Positions 26,995 to 39,493 of a stretch of DNA of 64,000 bases are shown one piece after another. Under the pieces are notes generated by a model. The model searched no databases. It was not told the origin of the DNA and saw only the letters and a list, made by a program, of their open reading frames with translations. Position numbers and translations under genes: made by a program. How positions within the stretch are numbered: position 1 is the first letter of the stretch; every line of letters begins with the position of its first letter. Source of the stretch: Azolla caroliniana (taxonomy: Eukaryota; Plantae; Polypodiophyta); the NCBI GenBank assembly GCA_043228905.1, contig JBHGNT010000015.1, forward strand, positions 18,166,001 to 18,230,000, in the 5' to 3' direction.

Positions 26995-28915
26995 TGTCAA
27001 GATTCGAACTCTTGACATGACCATGTTATAATCGACTATTATGTGTTAACCACACACATCTAGCATATAATCATGTATATACTTCCTCATTGTAGGTTTT
27101 AGCTAGCATCATGTGGATAATTTCTCCCTTGTATTATTAACACTTGGCACATGCATGCGTACCTACTACCTACATGCTCTATTGTATCACATGCGTGCAA
27201 CAGGTATGCATGCCACTTAGTATAAATAGTTGAGTTCACCTTGAAGGAATTCAAGGTGAACAACACCAGTCATGGACATATCAATCTAGTATTCTCGTTT
27301 CGCCGATCCTCTCTCCTTGATCTTCATCTCTATCTTTATGCTCTTGTGTCATTCCATCATCGCTCCGTCGTAGTCTCATCATCCGTGCTCCGTCTTAGTC
27401 CACGCTTGGTGTGTCCGTGACAGTTTGTTCACCTTCCAACTAGAAGCATCACCTGTCTCCGTCGTCGCCCTTGCTTCTAGAGTTACCATCGTCACCGTAC
27501 CATCATCAACATCGCTTCATTGTCTCTAGTTTTTAGTTTCTCCTCATCATTGTCTCTATTTTTTAGTTTCTTTCCCATTCGTGTTCATGTTCTAGTTCCC
27601 GGTGAGGGCCGCACAAGGCCGCTCACTCCCGTTGGTGTTGGTGTTCCAGTTCCCGATGAGGGCCGCACAAGGCCACTCACTCCCGTTGGTGTTCGTGTTC
27701 TAGTTCCCGGTGAGGTCCGCACAAGGTTGCTCACTCTCGTTGGTGTTCGTGTTCCAGTTCCCGGTGAGGGCCGCATGGTCACTCACGCCCGTTCGTGTTC
27801 AAGTTCCTAGTGAGGGCCGCATGGTCGCTCACACACGTTCGTGTTCGAGTTCCCGATGAGGGCCGCATGGTCACTCACACCCGTTTGTATTCCTATTCCC
27901 GATGAGGGCCGCACATGGCCGCTCACTCTAGTTCATGTTCATGTTCCCGGTGAGGGACGCATGGTCGCTCACTCCCATTTGTGTTCCAGTCTCCGGTGAG
28001 GACCGACATGGTCGCTCATGCCCGTTGTTCATGTTCTAGTTCCTGGTGAGGACCGCGCATGGTCGATTACTCCCATTCGTGTTCTTGTTCCCAGTGAGGG
28101 CCACATGGTCACACACTCGTTCGTGTTCCATTTCTCAGTCAGGACAACATGGTTGCTCACGCTCGTTGGTGTTCATGTTCCAACTCTCAACGAGGACCGT
28201 TCCAGTTCCCGGCAAGGACCTCACATGGTTACTCATGCCCCTTGGTGTTCATGCTCCCCGTGAGGACCGCACATTGTCGCTCACACCCGTTGATATTTGT
28301 GTTCCAGTTCTAGGTGAGGACCACACATGGTCTCTCATGCCCGTTGGTGTTAAATACCTTGTCTTGTGGAAGGGTTACTCCTTGTCTAGGATTTACAAAA
28401 TACTTTGGAGGTGATCTAAGATTTTCATCAACAATATCCCCTTAAGCCAACAAACGATTTGGGAAGGCATCATTGAAGGGGGGATAATGTCAAGATTCGA
28501 ACTCTTGACATGACCATGTTATAATCGACTATTATGTGTTAACCACACACATCTAGCATATAATAATGTATATACTTCCTCATTGTAGGTTTTAGCTAGC
28601 ATCATGTGCATAATTTCTCCCTTGTATTATTAACACTTGGCACATGCATGCGTACCTACTACCTACATGCTCTATTGTATCACATGCGTGCAACAGGTAT
28701 GCATGCCACTTAGTATAAATAGTTGAGTTCACCTTGAAGGAATTCAAGGTGAACAACGCCAGTCATGGACATATCAATCTAGTATTCTCGTTTCGCCGAT
28801 CCTCTCTCCTTGATCTTCATCTCTATCTTTATGCTCTTGTGTCATTCCGTCATCGCTCCGTCGTAGTCTCATCATCTGTGCTCCGTCTTAGTCCACGCTT
28901 GGTGTGTCCGTGACA
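26995..28915 (+). mobile_element. Intact non-coding TRIM-like LTR element derived from a chromovirus, TSD GTCTT
   Basis: 428-bp LTRs at 26995-27422 and 28488-28915, about 5 differences by eye. TSD at 26990-94 and 28916-20. PPT GAAGGGGGGATAA before the 3' LTR. Internal degenerate 50-60-bp repeats. Chromodomain remnants YLVLWKGY and DFHQQYP at about 28350-28450. Confidence 0.93.
27575..28350. repeat. Degenerate tandem array (about 50-60-bp unit) inside the TRIM
   Basis: GTTCCCGGTGAGGGCCGCA..TGGTCGCTCAC..CCCGTT repeated more than 10 times; related repeats lie inverted at 41960-42245. Confidence 0.9.
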
Positions 28916-29084
28916 GTCTTTAACTGAGTGTTTTACATGTCCCACTTTAGTGAGATATTGAGCCATTTTTGAACGTTATTATGCCTACATTAACTTATCA
29001 ACACATCCAAACTTATTTGAATTTCTAATGTTCTCCACTCGGAGACCTATCATGTATTTTTATATTTGCAAATTCTAATCAAGT

Positions 29085-30984
29085 TGTGGAACATGTGATA
29101 CTAGTGCATCCAATTTTTGTAGAGAGGGTATATTTGGATATTTTCAATAAGATTCTACAAGTGGAATGCGCGATCCTTCCACTTGTGAACGCGAACGTGT
29201 TCATAGTCCAAAGAGCCAGACAACCGGAAGGTTGTAGACATAGCGTAGTACAAGGAAGCCGACAGGATGGAGGACAATCCAAGGACGAACAGAACCGGAA
29301 GCCGATCATTGATCCAGTAGAGAGCACGAGAACCAACGTATGTGAAGAACCGAAGGTCTAGAGCCTAAAATTTGAATCGGACACTAGTCGATTCAAACAA
29401 CTAGCTGATTTGGCTAAAGCGACTATACCTTTGTCAATTCGGCTACCAGCCAATCGGCTTGTATTATAAATATTGTAGATTAAATTTACGTTGTAATTTG
29501 ATCTTACGTGGGAGATAACCCCATATCATTGTATGTAAACACAGTAGTCCTTTTACAGGGGAGTTTGTTGGGTTAAAAGTCCCATTGTACCCATTTTTTT
29601 CCTAGTGTTAACATGTGCTCACAGTTAGGGTTAAGTTACCCTAACTATATATGTGAGAGACTGTGTATAAATCTCTCGGTGGTGAATGTAAAAAGTCTCT
29701 TTGAGTTAAACATCTCTCTCGATCATTGTATGAGTCCGGCTATACTAGCTCATGGTATGGCATGATGGTGAGTTGGCTTCTTGCGAATGGTCTAGACATT
29801 AATAACCTACCTCCCCTTAGGTACAACCACACGAGTGATAACACCTTAATCTCTCATGAGGACCGCAATAAAGTAATACGCCAAGAAATATGGCAAATTT
29901 ACACTCGATGTAAATGGATCACCCCACTAGAGCCACTCCCATCTAAAATGTTGTACTATAAGAAACACTTCATGCACTTCTCTGAGTTAGGTTTTATCAC
30001 GCGGCCAAAATATCTAGATGTATTCTTACCACATGCACTAAGGGTTGCCATTGGACAACTTAGAATATCATCTCACCAACTTGAGATTGAGAATGGCCAT
30101 ACTAGTGGAGTCCCTAGGGAGGAAAGGATATGTAGGTTATGTCACATAGAGATAGAGGATAAGTACCACTTTACATGCAAGTGTCCAACCTATGCCAAGA
30201 TAAGGGCAAAATACCAAGACATACTTGGTCCGTCTCCCACCCTCCCCAAACTATTAGATACTCTAGATATAAAGAAATTAGGCAAATACATTCTAGAGCT
30301 AAAACAACACAGAGAGAATAAGTTACAAAATGTTGACAATAATGTTGCTAATGATCACGAACATGTAACAAATGAAGTTTTTCAGGAACCTGAGGAGACA
30401 ACGAATGCCGACACACCTGCACCACTCAGCCTTTCCATTGATGAGGCAAAAAACCAGAGAAGAACCAGACGTCCTCGGGTGCTGGGTTTCAAAGCAACTC
30501 AACGTGATGTGGAAGCAATATTGAAAATAAGGGAACGTGAGCTATACACCGCCTAGAAGCCATGGCTAGGGCACTCTCTACATTGGAACCCACATCAAGA
30601 CCCTTTGACCCCCCACTTCTTTTCGAGAGGCTTGGGTGGAAATAAAATTAGGCTTAGTGTATAGTCACTTTCGAGTATACTACATATTGTACACTACTAG
30701 AACTCTTTTAGTTTAAGTTCTATTTTTTACTTAATTTTATTTTAGTTATGATGACTGGATAAATACTCTTTTGTTATAAACCAATTGTCTCATGGGCCAA
30801 TTTTGGCCTTAGAAGACGTTAATATATCTTTCTTTCTTTCTTTCTTTCTTTCTCTCTCTCTCTCTCTCTCTCTCTATGTAATTGTCTATTATTCTTGTTC
30901 TCCTTTGTAATACTACTCAAGCATCCTTATTTTTAGCTATGTTTATTGTCTTGCATGACTCAAACACATTACACAGGTCCTCAA
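29085..30984 (+). mobile_element. Probable solo LTR interrupted by a LINE fragment
   Basis: Starts TGTGGAAC and ends near GGTCCTCA(A). CAAGT flanks both sides (29080-84, 30985-89), although the right end is off-register by one base. Confidence 0.45.
29721..30876 (+). mobile_element. 5'-truncated LINE (RTE-like) 3' end with Cys/His C-terminal domain and (TTTC)n(TC)n tail
   Basis: ORF 29726..30556 reads LRISSHQLEIENG..ERICRLC..EDKYHFTCKC. Microsatellite tail at 30827-30876 and CTCTCTC at the 5' flank. Confidence 0.85.
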
Positions 30985-32039
30985 CAAGTTCCAGAAACAT
31001 CAACATTCAACAATTCCTTGGTTTTATGGTCTTTTTTTTAGGCTGATCCTTGTTTAAGACCACCACACTTAGAATGGAAATAATACAAATCATCTTTTAA
31101 GGCCTAAGTACTAAAATTTTGGCCAAAAGTTGGTACATAGTAGCTTGCTTTCACCCATGCCTATGTGCGCATACACCGAAAACCAAGTAAGCATACTTAG
31201 CGCAATGTATGAAGGTGAAAGCAAGATGTTGTTAATAAACAAAGATATTGCTCTTGATTTCTTTAAGGCAACCCATATAATTGCAAAAGTCAATGTCATC
31301 CACGAGTGCTTAATGCCTTCAACAAAGATGAATATGAAGGGGAATATTTGTTTATAAGAAAATTCTTAGAAACATGGATTATGTACATGCATAATATCTT
31401 TATATCAACCTATACAAGTACTTCTACCAAACAACATGCAATTGATACACATTATTAACTTTATTTCACATATGCGTACACATAACCCTAATTTCGGTAA
31501 AATTCAATGACAATAAGTGAATAACAGCTTATTGTGATATATTTTTATGGGGGTGTTTATAGGGAGAACTAAATAAGTACTAATAATAAAGACGTTATTA
31601 TTTTCATATATCTTTTTATTTTTCTTTTCAAAAAAGGAGCTACTTTCCCATTAGTTAGGAGAGATTTTTACAAAAAGACTATATTTTCATTTATTTTTAA
31701 AGACACACATGTAGGTATTTATGTGAAATGTGTATTATTATAGGTTCATTTACTTCATTCAATTATGTTTAACAAGAGGTGAAATAGAAAGAAGTGAAAG
31801 AGCCCTTTTGGATGTATATTTTTATGTTTATGTACTTATATACAATATGTTTTATGGATGAAGAAATTCATTTATACATTAAATTACACATAACCAATTA
31901 TTGGTCATACTAAAAAGAAACATGCCTTAAAATCATTAAGGCAAAATGACTATGATAAAAGATGCGGCAAATATGATGGCAACATGGTGGAGAATGATCG
32001 ATAAGAAGTGCTTTGATACCAATGTTACAACTTAATTAT

Positions 32040-32092
<53 letters not shown>

Positions 32093-33988
32093 TATACAAA
32101 CAAATGTTTTTCGACCAACGGCACATCTTGGAAATGCACCAAGAAACTTAGGAAAAAATGGTTTAATAAAGAATGTTGTGAAGCTTGAATGAATTACCAA
32201 CAGCATTTGCATGAGTATAAAAGTCTTATTCAAAGAAAGAGAAGAATATGGGAAGTTACTCAACAATTTATCCAAACGCAAGAGAAAGCACATGCATGTG
32301 CTAAATTTTGGGGAAATCTAAAGGGGAAACGTATTGAGAATTATGGTGACTTAACTCTTCACGACTTGTCTATGCATTGTAAGAATTTATATGAGTTATC
32401 TCTTGCCGGAAAGATGATGTGTTATGGTTCTCTTTCACATATGTCTCCCTTCTTTACAATTGAAGATATATGCATAGGACTTAAGAAATTAGCCTCTTGA
32501 AAGGCAAGCGATCTTCAATGTATAAAGGCTGAAATGCTCAAATGGACATGAAAGGAAGCACATGTATGGATAAGCTATATGTTTAATAATGCATTGGTAT
32601 GTCATATGATTGGACTACAAATTGGATCAAACCTTTCCATAAAGGTGGCGATGTAAATAATATAAATAACTATCGAACCATCATGGTTGGCTCATTAATG
32701 GCAAAACTATTTAGATGTATCATGGAATCAAAGGTAAGTGTATGGGCTGAAAAAAATGGTAAGAGAGCTTATGGACAAACTGGCTTTCGAAAACACCATA
32801 GCACCATTGATCACCTTGTCACCTTTCCAGTATTAATGGAGGAAACTCGCCTTCGAGGTAAAGATTTATATTGTTGCTTTGTAGACTTCAAGAAAGCTTT
32901 TGATATGGTACCTCGTGAGCATCTTTGGAGGCTAATGGAAGAACTTGAGGTGCCAAGTGAATATATGCTTGCAATTTCCCAAATTTATGATAAGGTTATA
33001 CATTGTGTGTGTATGAGAGATAAACTTTCAGATTTTTTCAAAAGCACTATTGGTGTTAAGCAAGGATGCCCACTCTCACCAACACTATTTGGTCTATGCA
33101 TTGATGAATTGGAAGAAATAGTTACCAAGTTTGCAAAGGAAGAATGTGTTGAAGAAGTTGTCATTGGGAATGTTGTGATTATGCTTTTGCTATATGCAAA
33201 TGATGTAGTGCTTTTTGCAAATACATTAGGAGATGCACAAAAGCTTATGAAGGCATTGGAAAAAATTTGCATGCATACTAAATTAAGTGGCAATAGCTCT
33301 AAAACAAAGATTATGCTTATGAAGAGCCAAAAAAGAGATAAACATGCATTATGTACAACAATGAGCCACTTAAATGTGTGGAAAGCTTCAAATATCTTGG
33401 CCTTGAGGTTCCTTCAAATCATAGATGGAATGAATGTGCTACACGTCACTTAGAGGCAAGTAAGCGAGCATAGTATGCATTTGAGAACACATGCAATCTT
33501 GGAGATATTAAGTGTTGGGTCCTCAAGAAATATCTTTTCGACACTTTGGTAACACCGGTTCTTCTCTATGGGGTGGAAGTATGGAGCGGTAGCATCCCTA
33601 AATCTATGTGGAAAGAGTTTGAAAATGTCCAAAAACATTTTCTTACAAAGTTTCTACAAGTTAAGAAACAAACGCCCTACACCCTCCTCCTCCTTGAGAC
33701 GGGATCACTTCCCATTGAGATCATGACCATGGAAAGGGTTGTTGAATCCATGCTTAAGGTTCAAAAAATTCTCTCACATCGACTTCCTAGAATTACATGG
33801 GAAGCAAGCAAAAAGATCCAAAAGACGCATAAAAGCAAAATTTTATGTTCCGGTTGGATGCAAGATATAGAAAAATGGTTTGGTAGATGGGATGCGAGAC
33901 ATTTGCTTCGTGATGCATCACTAGATTCCTCTGTAAATGAGGCATTCGTAACTACAAAACCATATTCTTTGCGGAACGGGGAAACCGT

Positions 33989-36900
33989 TGTCGTAGTGTA
34001 AATCGCACACTATGCGAAAATTGCATTTTTGGTCCCTCCGGATGGGACATGGAGACCCGGCAAGAACCGGATGAAGAGTACCCGGTGAGAACCGGACGAA
34101 GCAGACTGGCAAGAGCTAGATGAAAAAGGCCGGTGAGAGTCGGTGAGAAATGGACGAAGAGGACCCGATAAGAACCAGATAAAGAAGACCCGGTGAGAAC
34201 TGGATGAAGAGACATATTTACAAATAGGCGAGAATATTAAAAATAGTATTACATGAATAGGGCAAGATTCGAAGCTTGTACCTCCATGCACATAATGTGA
34301 AGCTTTACCATTACACTAACATATCATTTGTGTTAAAAAAGTAGACGTCCCACATAGAAAGGTAAGTGCACACTAGGATAAACTTTAGTTAGAAGAAAAC
34401 GCATGATAAAAGAAAAGGCTACACATGCATATCTAGCGTGCATGAACACTATAGTCGATAAGAACGCATCAAGTTAGAAAAAGCATGTTAGATAAAGCAT
34501 ATAGGTTATTGATAGAAAAGGCATGAAGTTGATAATTACCGAAAAAGCATGGAGTGCTAAGATTCTCTCATCACTATATAAGGATGGGAAGCACAATGTA
34601 ATAGGGGGTGTGAAATATTTGGAAATTAGATATATTTCTAAAAAAACACCAATTAATTATATTCGTGGGATTCACGAAATAAACTATACCCGTGGGATTC
34701 ACGAGGTTTCTATATTCTTCTCTTTCTATCTACATTCATATTATTATCTTTATATTGATTAATCTAAGACAATACACTCGTGGGATTCACGAGGTTTCTA
34801 TATCTCTTTCCTACAACCTATTTATATTCTAATTAGTCTCAAATTCTTCCTCCTCCTAGTCCAAAACCCCGGCAGTTCCCACTTGACTCACGCAACGATC
34901 CGGCGCCGAAAGGCACGACACCAGTGGTGAACCCAACATGAAGATGGGTGGCAAGGAGATGGAGAATCAACAAGAGGCGATGAACATGATGATGATGATG
35001 TTTGAGCGGATGCAACAAGAACAGCGTGCGATGTCGGAGATGAAGGCGGTAGTGGAGCGGCTTGTGCAACAAAATGGGGAATTCAACAGAAAGGATGTGT
35101 CACACTATCTACGTGAATACAAGGAGGAGATGATGTGATGTGGGATACCGGAAGGATTGCAAGTGATATCCTTCAATCAGGTAGTCACAGATGAGTTGCA
35201 AGAGAGCATATATGAGATACGGCAACAGAACCCAACGTGGGTGTCCTTTGAGAAAGCACTACTAGAGAAGTATGACTGCAAAAGAACAACGGCCAAGTAT
35301 AAGGTCAATGACTTGAGAGTGGCGAACACCACTTCAAGAACGGAAGAAGGTTTCGGAATACAAGTATCTGAAACATCGGGTGAAAAAGGGGTAACCATAA
35401 TCGATGCTTGCATGATCGAGGGAGATAAAGAGTGTGAGACGGACTTGATTGAGGAAGTCGCCACGAAAGATGACATTGAATTGGAGGTGGCTATGGACGA
35501 ATCAATGGCGGATGGCCGTATGAAGACTTTCCTAGTTCTAGAGACTTCGGCAGTTGCGATCGAAAGACAACATGAGACCGAAGAGATGGAAGGTGGCGGA
35601 GAGAAAACAAAGTTCGAATCTTATGCATACGATGGAGAGATAGCCGAGAAGGTGGCTATGGGTGAAACAACGAAGAACGATAATACCGAGGATTCCTGCC
35701 CACTAATCCTAGAGACTTTGGCAGTTGTGTCCGAGAAGCAACATGAGACCAGAGAGACGGGAGATGACGGCGAGGAAGGTAAAGTCAGAAGCCGGTGTCG
35801 TGAAGATTTTCGGCAATAGTGTGAAAATCCCATAAAACGTACGAAATCGAGTATGAATCACATAATATAATAATTGTGAAGATAACATTTTAAATAAATT
35901 TAATATCTAAGTACAAAATGATGGAGGTTTCAAATGCACTTTATTACACGAGAAACGGACAACTAAATGTCAAGATATGAGGGTATAAAGTTTGTGAAAG
36001 GAAAAGAGAAAATTGTGAGATATCCCACATAGGCATGACAAATACGGCTCTCATCATATATAAGGTAGAGCAAAAGATATTATCTTTGTGTCTATGTGTG
36101 GAGCATAGAGAGTTCAAGGTAACTTGAACTAAGAGTGGAGGTGGGCTAGCTACTCGTAAAGGGTTTTGGCCAACCAAAACCGGACCGGCGATGGAGCCGG
36201 TGATCCGGCGGCATCCGACGGCAAACCAGTATCCGGCGGTGAGACGACGGCGGCACCGGTATCCGGCGGCAACCAACGACGGCATCTGGCGAGGCACCAG
36301 TAACCAATGGCATCCGGCGAGGCACCGGTAACCGACGGCATCCGGCGACGGCACGGGTAACCGACGGCATCCGGCGACGGCACGGGTATTCGGCAGCAAC
36401 CAACGACGGCATCCGGCGAGGCACCAGTAACCAACGGCATCCGGCGAACCCGCGTCCGGCGACTAGATAAATAAATATATAAATATATATACATATTTAC
36501 ATATACAAGGAGGGCAAGTAAGGATTCGAACCTTGCACCTCCAAGTTAGGAGTCAATTGGCTTACCATTAAGCCATGCTATTTAGTTGAAATTATATTTC
36601 TATCATTGTACTTTTACATGTAAATTCTCATACATGAGAGCTAAAATGAGTGACATGGTTATCATGCACCACATGTAATACATAAGCGCCAAATGGCAAA
36701 CATGCAATTTATGCATGTCTTGTACCCTCACATGCATCATATGCATGAGAGCATCTATAAAAGAAGGGGGAGGAGAAAAAACAACGTTTTTTTTTATGAA
36801 AATTAAGAGGAAGAAATTCGTTATCAAATTGATCGTGTAACTTGTTTCTTAAATCTAAAGTTAAAAGTTCAATCAATCTCTCAATCGTGTAATCTCAACT

Positions 36901-39140
36901 TCTCTCTTTCCCAATCTATCTTAAGTACTTTCTCGCTAAAGCTTGTACCGACTTTGAATCCTTCCGGTTCAGAACCCCGGCGGTTCCGCCTCACGATCTG
37001 CGCGTAGTGACGGATCTTCACGACACCGGTTCAGATGGAAGATGATCTGTCCGAAATTCCGATCTAAACGAAAGCACGACAACGCGGAGGTCGGGACTAC
37101 GTTAGGAGAAGCGCGTAATAAGGAGCACGCGCTACAGCGCAAAATGGAGCATGCACTACGATGGAATACGAAGCATCCACTATGGCATAATACAACGCAA
37201 GCACTACGGCGAAAAATGAAGCGTGCATTACAGCCGCACGTGGACCCAAGAGCAAGCGCATATTCGGAGGTCGACATCGACGTGTGGGCAGACCCTACAG
37301 AAGGCAAGCGCGGAACGGAGAGAGACAACACGGCGAGATGCTCAAGACGAGGGAACGATCGAGCCAAAGGAGGAACGAAGGCGGCACGCGAGGGGCAAAA
37401 TCCGGCGTGTGATCGGAGTGACTGGGGACCCAATCGGAGGACCTACACGACGGACAATGGAAAGAAGTGTCGGAGGTCGAACTGGTCGAGGCCGGTGAAA
37501 ACAAGGAAAAGGAAACAAATCCGGATGGAAACCGATCGGTCGAAACTAACCCAAATGGGGGCTGAATCGGTAAAAACCGATCAATCAAGTCTGAATCGGC
37601 CAAATACGAATCGGAACGGAAGCCGATTCAACCGAAAGACGATCGGACGAGACCGATTTGGAAATAAGCTAATCCGAATCAACCAAAGGTCGAAGAGATC
37701 AAGGTTGATGATTACGAGGAAGAGGTCAAGCAGGTGCACTACAAAGGATGACAATGACCAAGTGGGCCAAGCAAATTTGAAGGGTGTTACCAAGGATGAG
37801 ATCTCGACAAAGGAGGGCTATAACATGAAGATTGTCAACTCTCACGCGAGATTATATGACAAAGGTGGACAAAGTGGGGAGCATGGCACATGCACAAGAC
37901 ATGAAGGGTTATACTCAAGAGGAGCACGAGGAGTCGTGACAACCGGCCATGGGCATGCAAACAATGAACGAAGACTATGGTGGATCGGATGGCAACAATG
38001 GTTGGGGTGGAAAGAATGGATATGCTCAAAATGGAGAGACAAAATCGACATAGCAAGAGAAACGGAGGGTACTACGAGTAAAGGAGAATTACGAGAACCG
38101 GTGACTGGGCGGAGCCGGCAACCGAAAACCTGCAACCGAACAAAATTGGCAACGAAACCAATCGGGCGGAGACTGGACGGAGGAGACTAACAATCACCAA
38201 CAACTTCGGCACATACCGGAGGATGTGCGGGTTTGGAAGGGGCGAGTGTCGTAGTGTAAATTGCACACTATGAGAAAATTGCATTTTTGGTCCCTCCGGA
38301 TGGGACATGGAGACCCGGTAAGAACCGGATGAAGAGTACCCGGTGAGACCCAGACGAAGCAGACTGGCAAGAGCCGGATGAAGAAGGCCGGTGAGAGTCA
38401 ATGAGAAACGGACGAAGAGGACCCAGTAAGAACCGGATAAAGAAGACTCGGTGAGAACCGGATGAAGAGACATATTTCCAAATAGGAGAGAATATTAAAA
38501 ATATTGTTACATGCATAGGGCAATATTCGAACCTTGTACCTCCATGTACATAATGTGAATCTTTACCATTACACTAACATATCATTAGTGTTAAAAACAT
38601 AGACGTCCCACATAGAAAGGTAAGTGCACACTAGGATAAACTTTAGTTAGAAGAAAACGCATGATAAAAGAAAAAGGTACACATGCACATCTAGCGTGCA
38701 TAAACACTATAGTCGATAAAAATGCATCAAGTTAGAAAAAGCATGAAGTTGATAATTACAAAAAAAGCATGGAGTGTTAAGACTCTCTCATCACTATATA
38801 AGGATGGGGAGCACAATGTAATAGGGGGTGTGAAATATTTGGAAATTAGATATATTTCTAAAAAAACACCAATTAATTATATTCGTGGGATTCACGAAAT
38901 AAACTATACCCATGGGATTCACAAGGTTTCTATATTCTTCTCTTTCTATCTACATTCATATTATTATCTTAATATTGATTATTCTAAGACAATACACTCG
39001 TGGGATTCACAAGGTTTCTATATCTCTTTCCTACAACCTATTTATATTCTAATTAGTCTCAAATTCTTCCTCCTCCTAGTCCAAAACCCCGGTGGTTCCC
39101 ACCGGACTCACGCAATGATCCGGCGCCGAAAGGCACAACA
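33989..39140 (+). mobile_element. Non-autonomous Gypsy-type LTR element (gag-like only), tRNA-Trp PBS, 4-bp TSD CCGT
   Basis: LTRs at 33989-34920 and 38247-39140. PBS TGGTGAACCCAACATGAA at 34925-34942 and PPT GGAAGGGGCGAG at 38235-46. gag-like ORFs 34938..35138 and 35157.. are homologous to 12411..12755. Pre-PPT GGCACATACCGG.GGATGTGC is shared with the 8965 element. Confidence 0.9.
35796..37025 (+). mobile_element. Solo LTR (1230 bp) nested in the 33989 element, TSD CCGG
   Basis: 12-bp terminal inverted repeats TGTCGTGAAGAT/ATCTTCACGACA. CCGG at 35792-95 and 37026-29. The 5' terminus resembles that of the 8965-element LTR. GC-rich GGCATCCGGCGA repeats at 36190-36460. Confidence 0.9.
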
Positions 39141-39493
39141 CCGTACACATCGATACATGTTAGAGCCCATACCGATATCTACCATTCGAACCATTGCTTC
39201 CATGCGACTTAACTCACATGCACTGCAATGTGAGATAAGGCGTTGGGGCACAAGTGATGAGAGTGGTCGGCTATACACACTTTGCCCTAAACAAGTTCGC
39301 GAGTCTGAGTATCACACTTTGATACAATGCTTTGCCTTTGATCATATTCGACCATGCTTTCCACATTTTTTCGACCGAGCCCAATCCTTGCATGAATTCC
39401 TCTCACAACCACAATGTGCACTCTCGATTGCAACATTCATTGGTAAAGTTCTTGAACATCAAGAGTCACTACTCACTTTTACACGTATCACAT

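Noticed and set aside
27575-28350. CRISPR-like appearance of the repeat arrays (also 21275-21480 and 56366-56684)
   Set aside because: Eukaryotic context, no unique spacers and no cas genes; these are tandem repeats.
36512-36578. Genuine tRNA genes at the tRNA-like modules
   Set aside because: Acceptor and anticodon stems do not pair by eye; only the box motifs and part of the T-arm persist.
37042-38190. 382-aa basic ORF
   Set aside because: Purine-rich interior of a non-autonomous element with no recognisable motif; probably an off-frame or decayed region.
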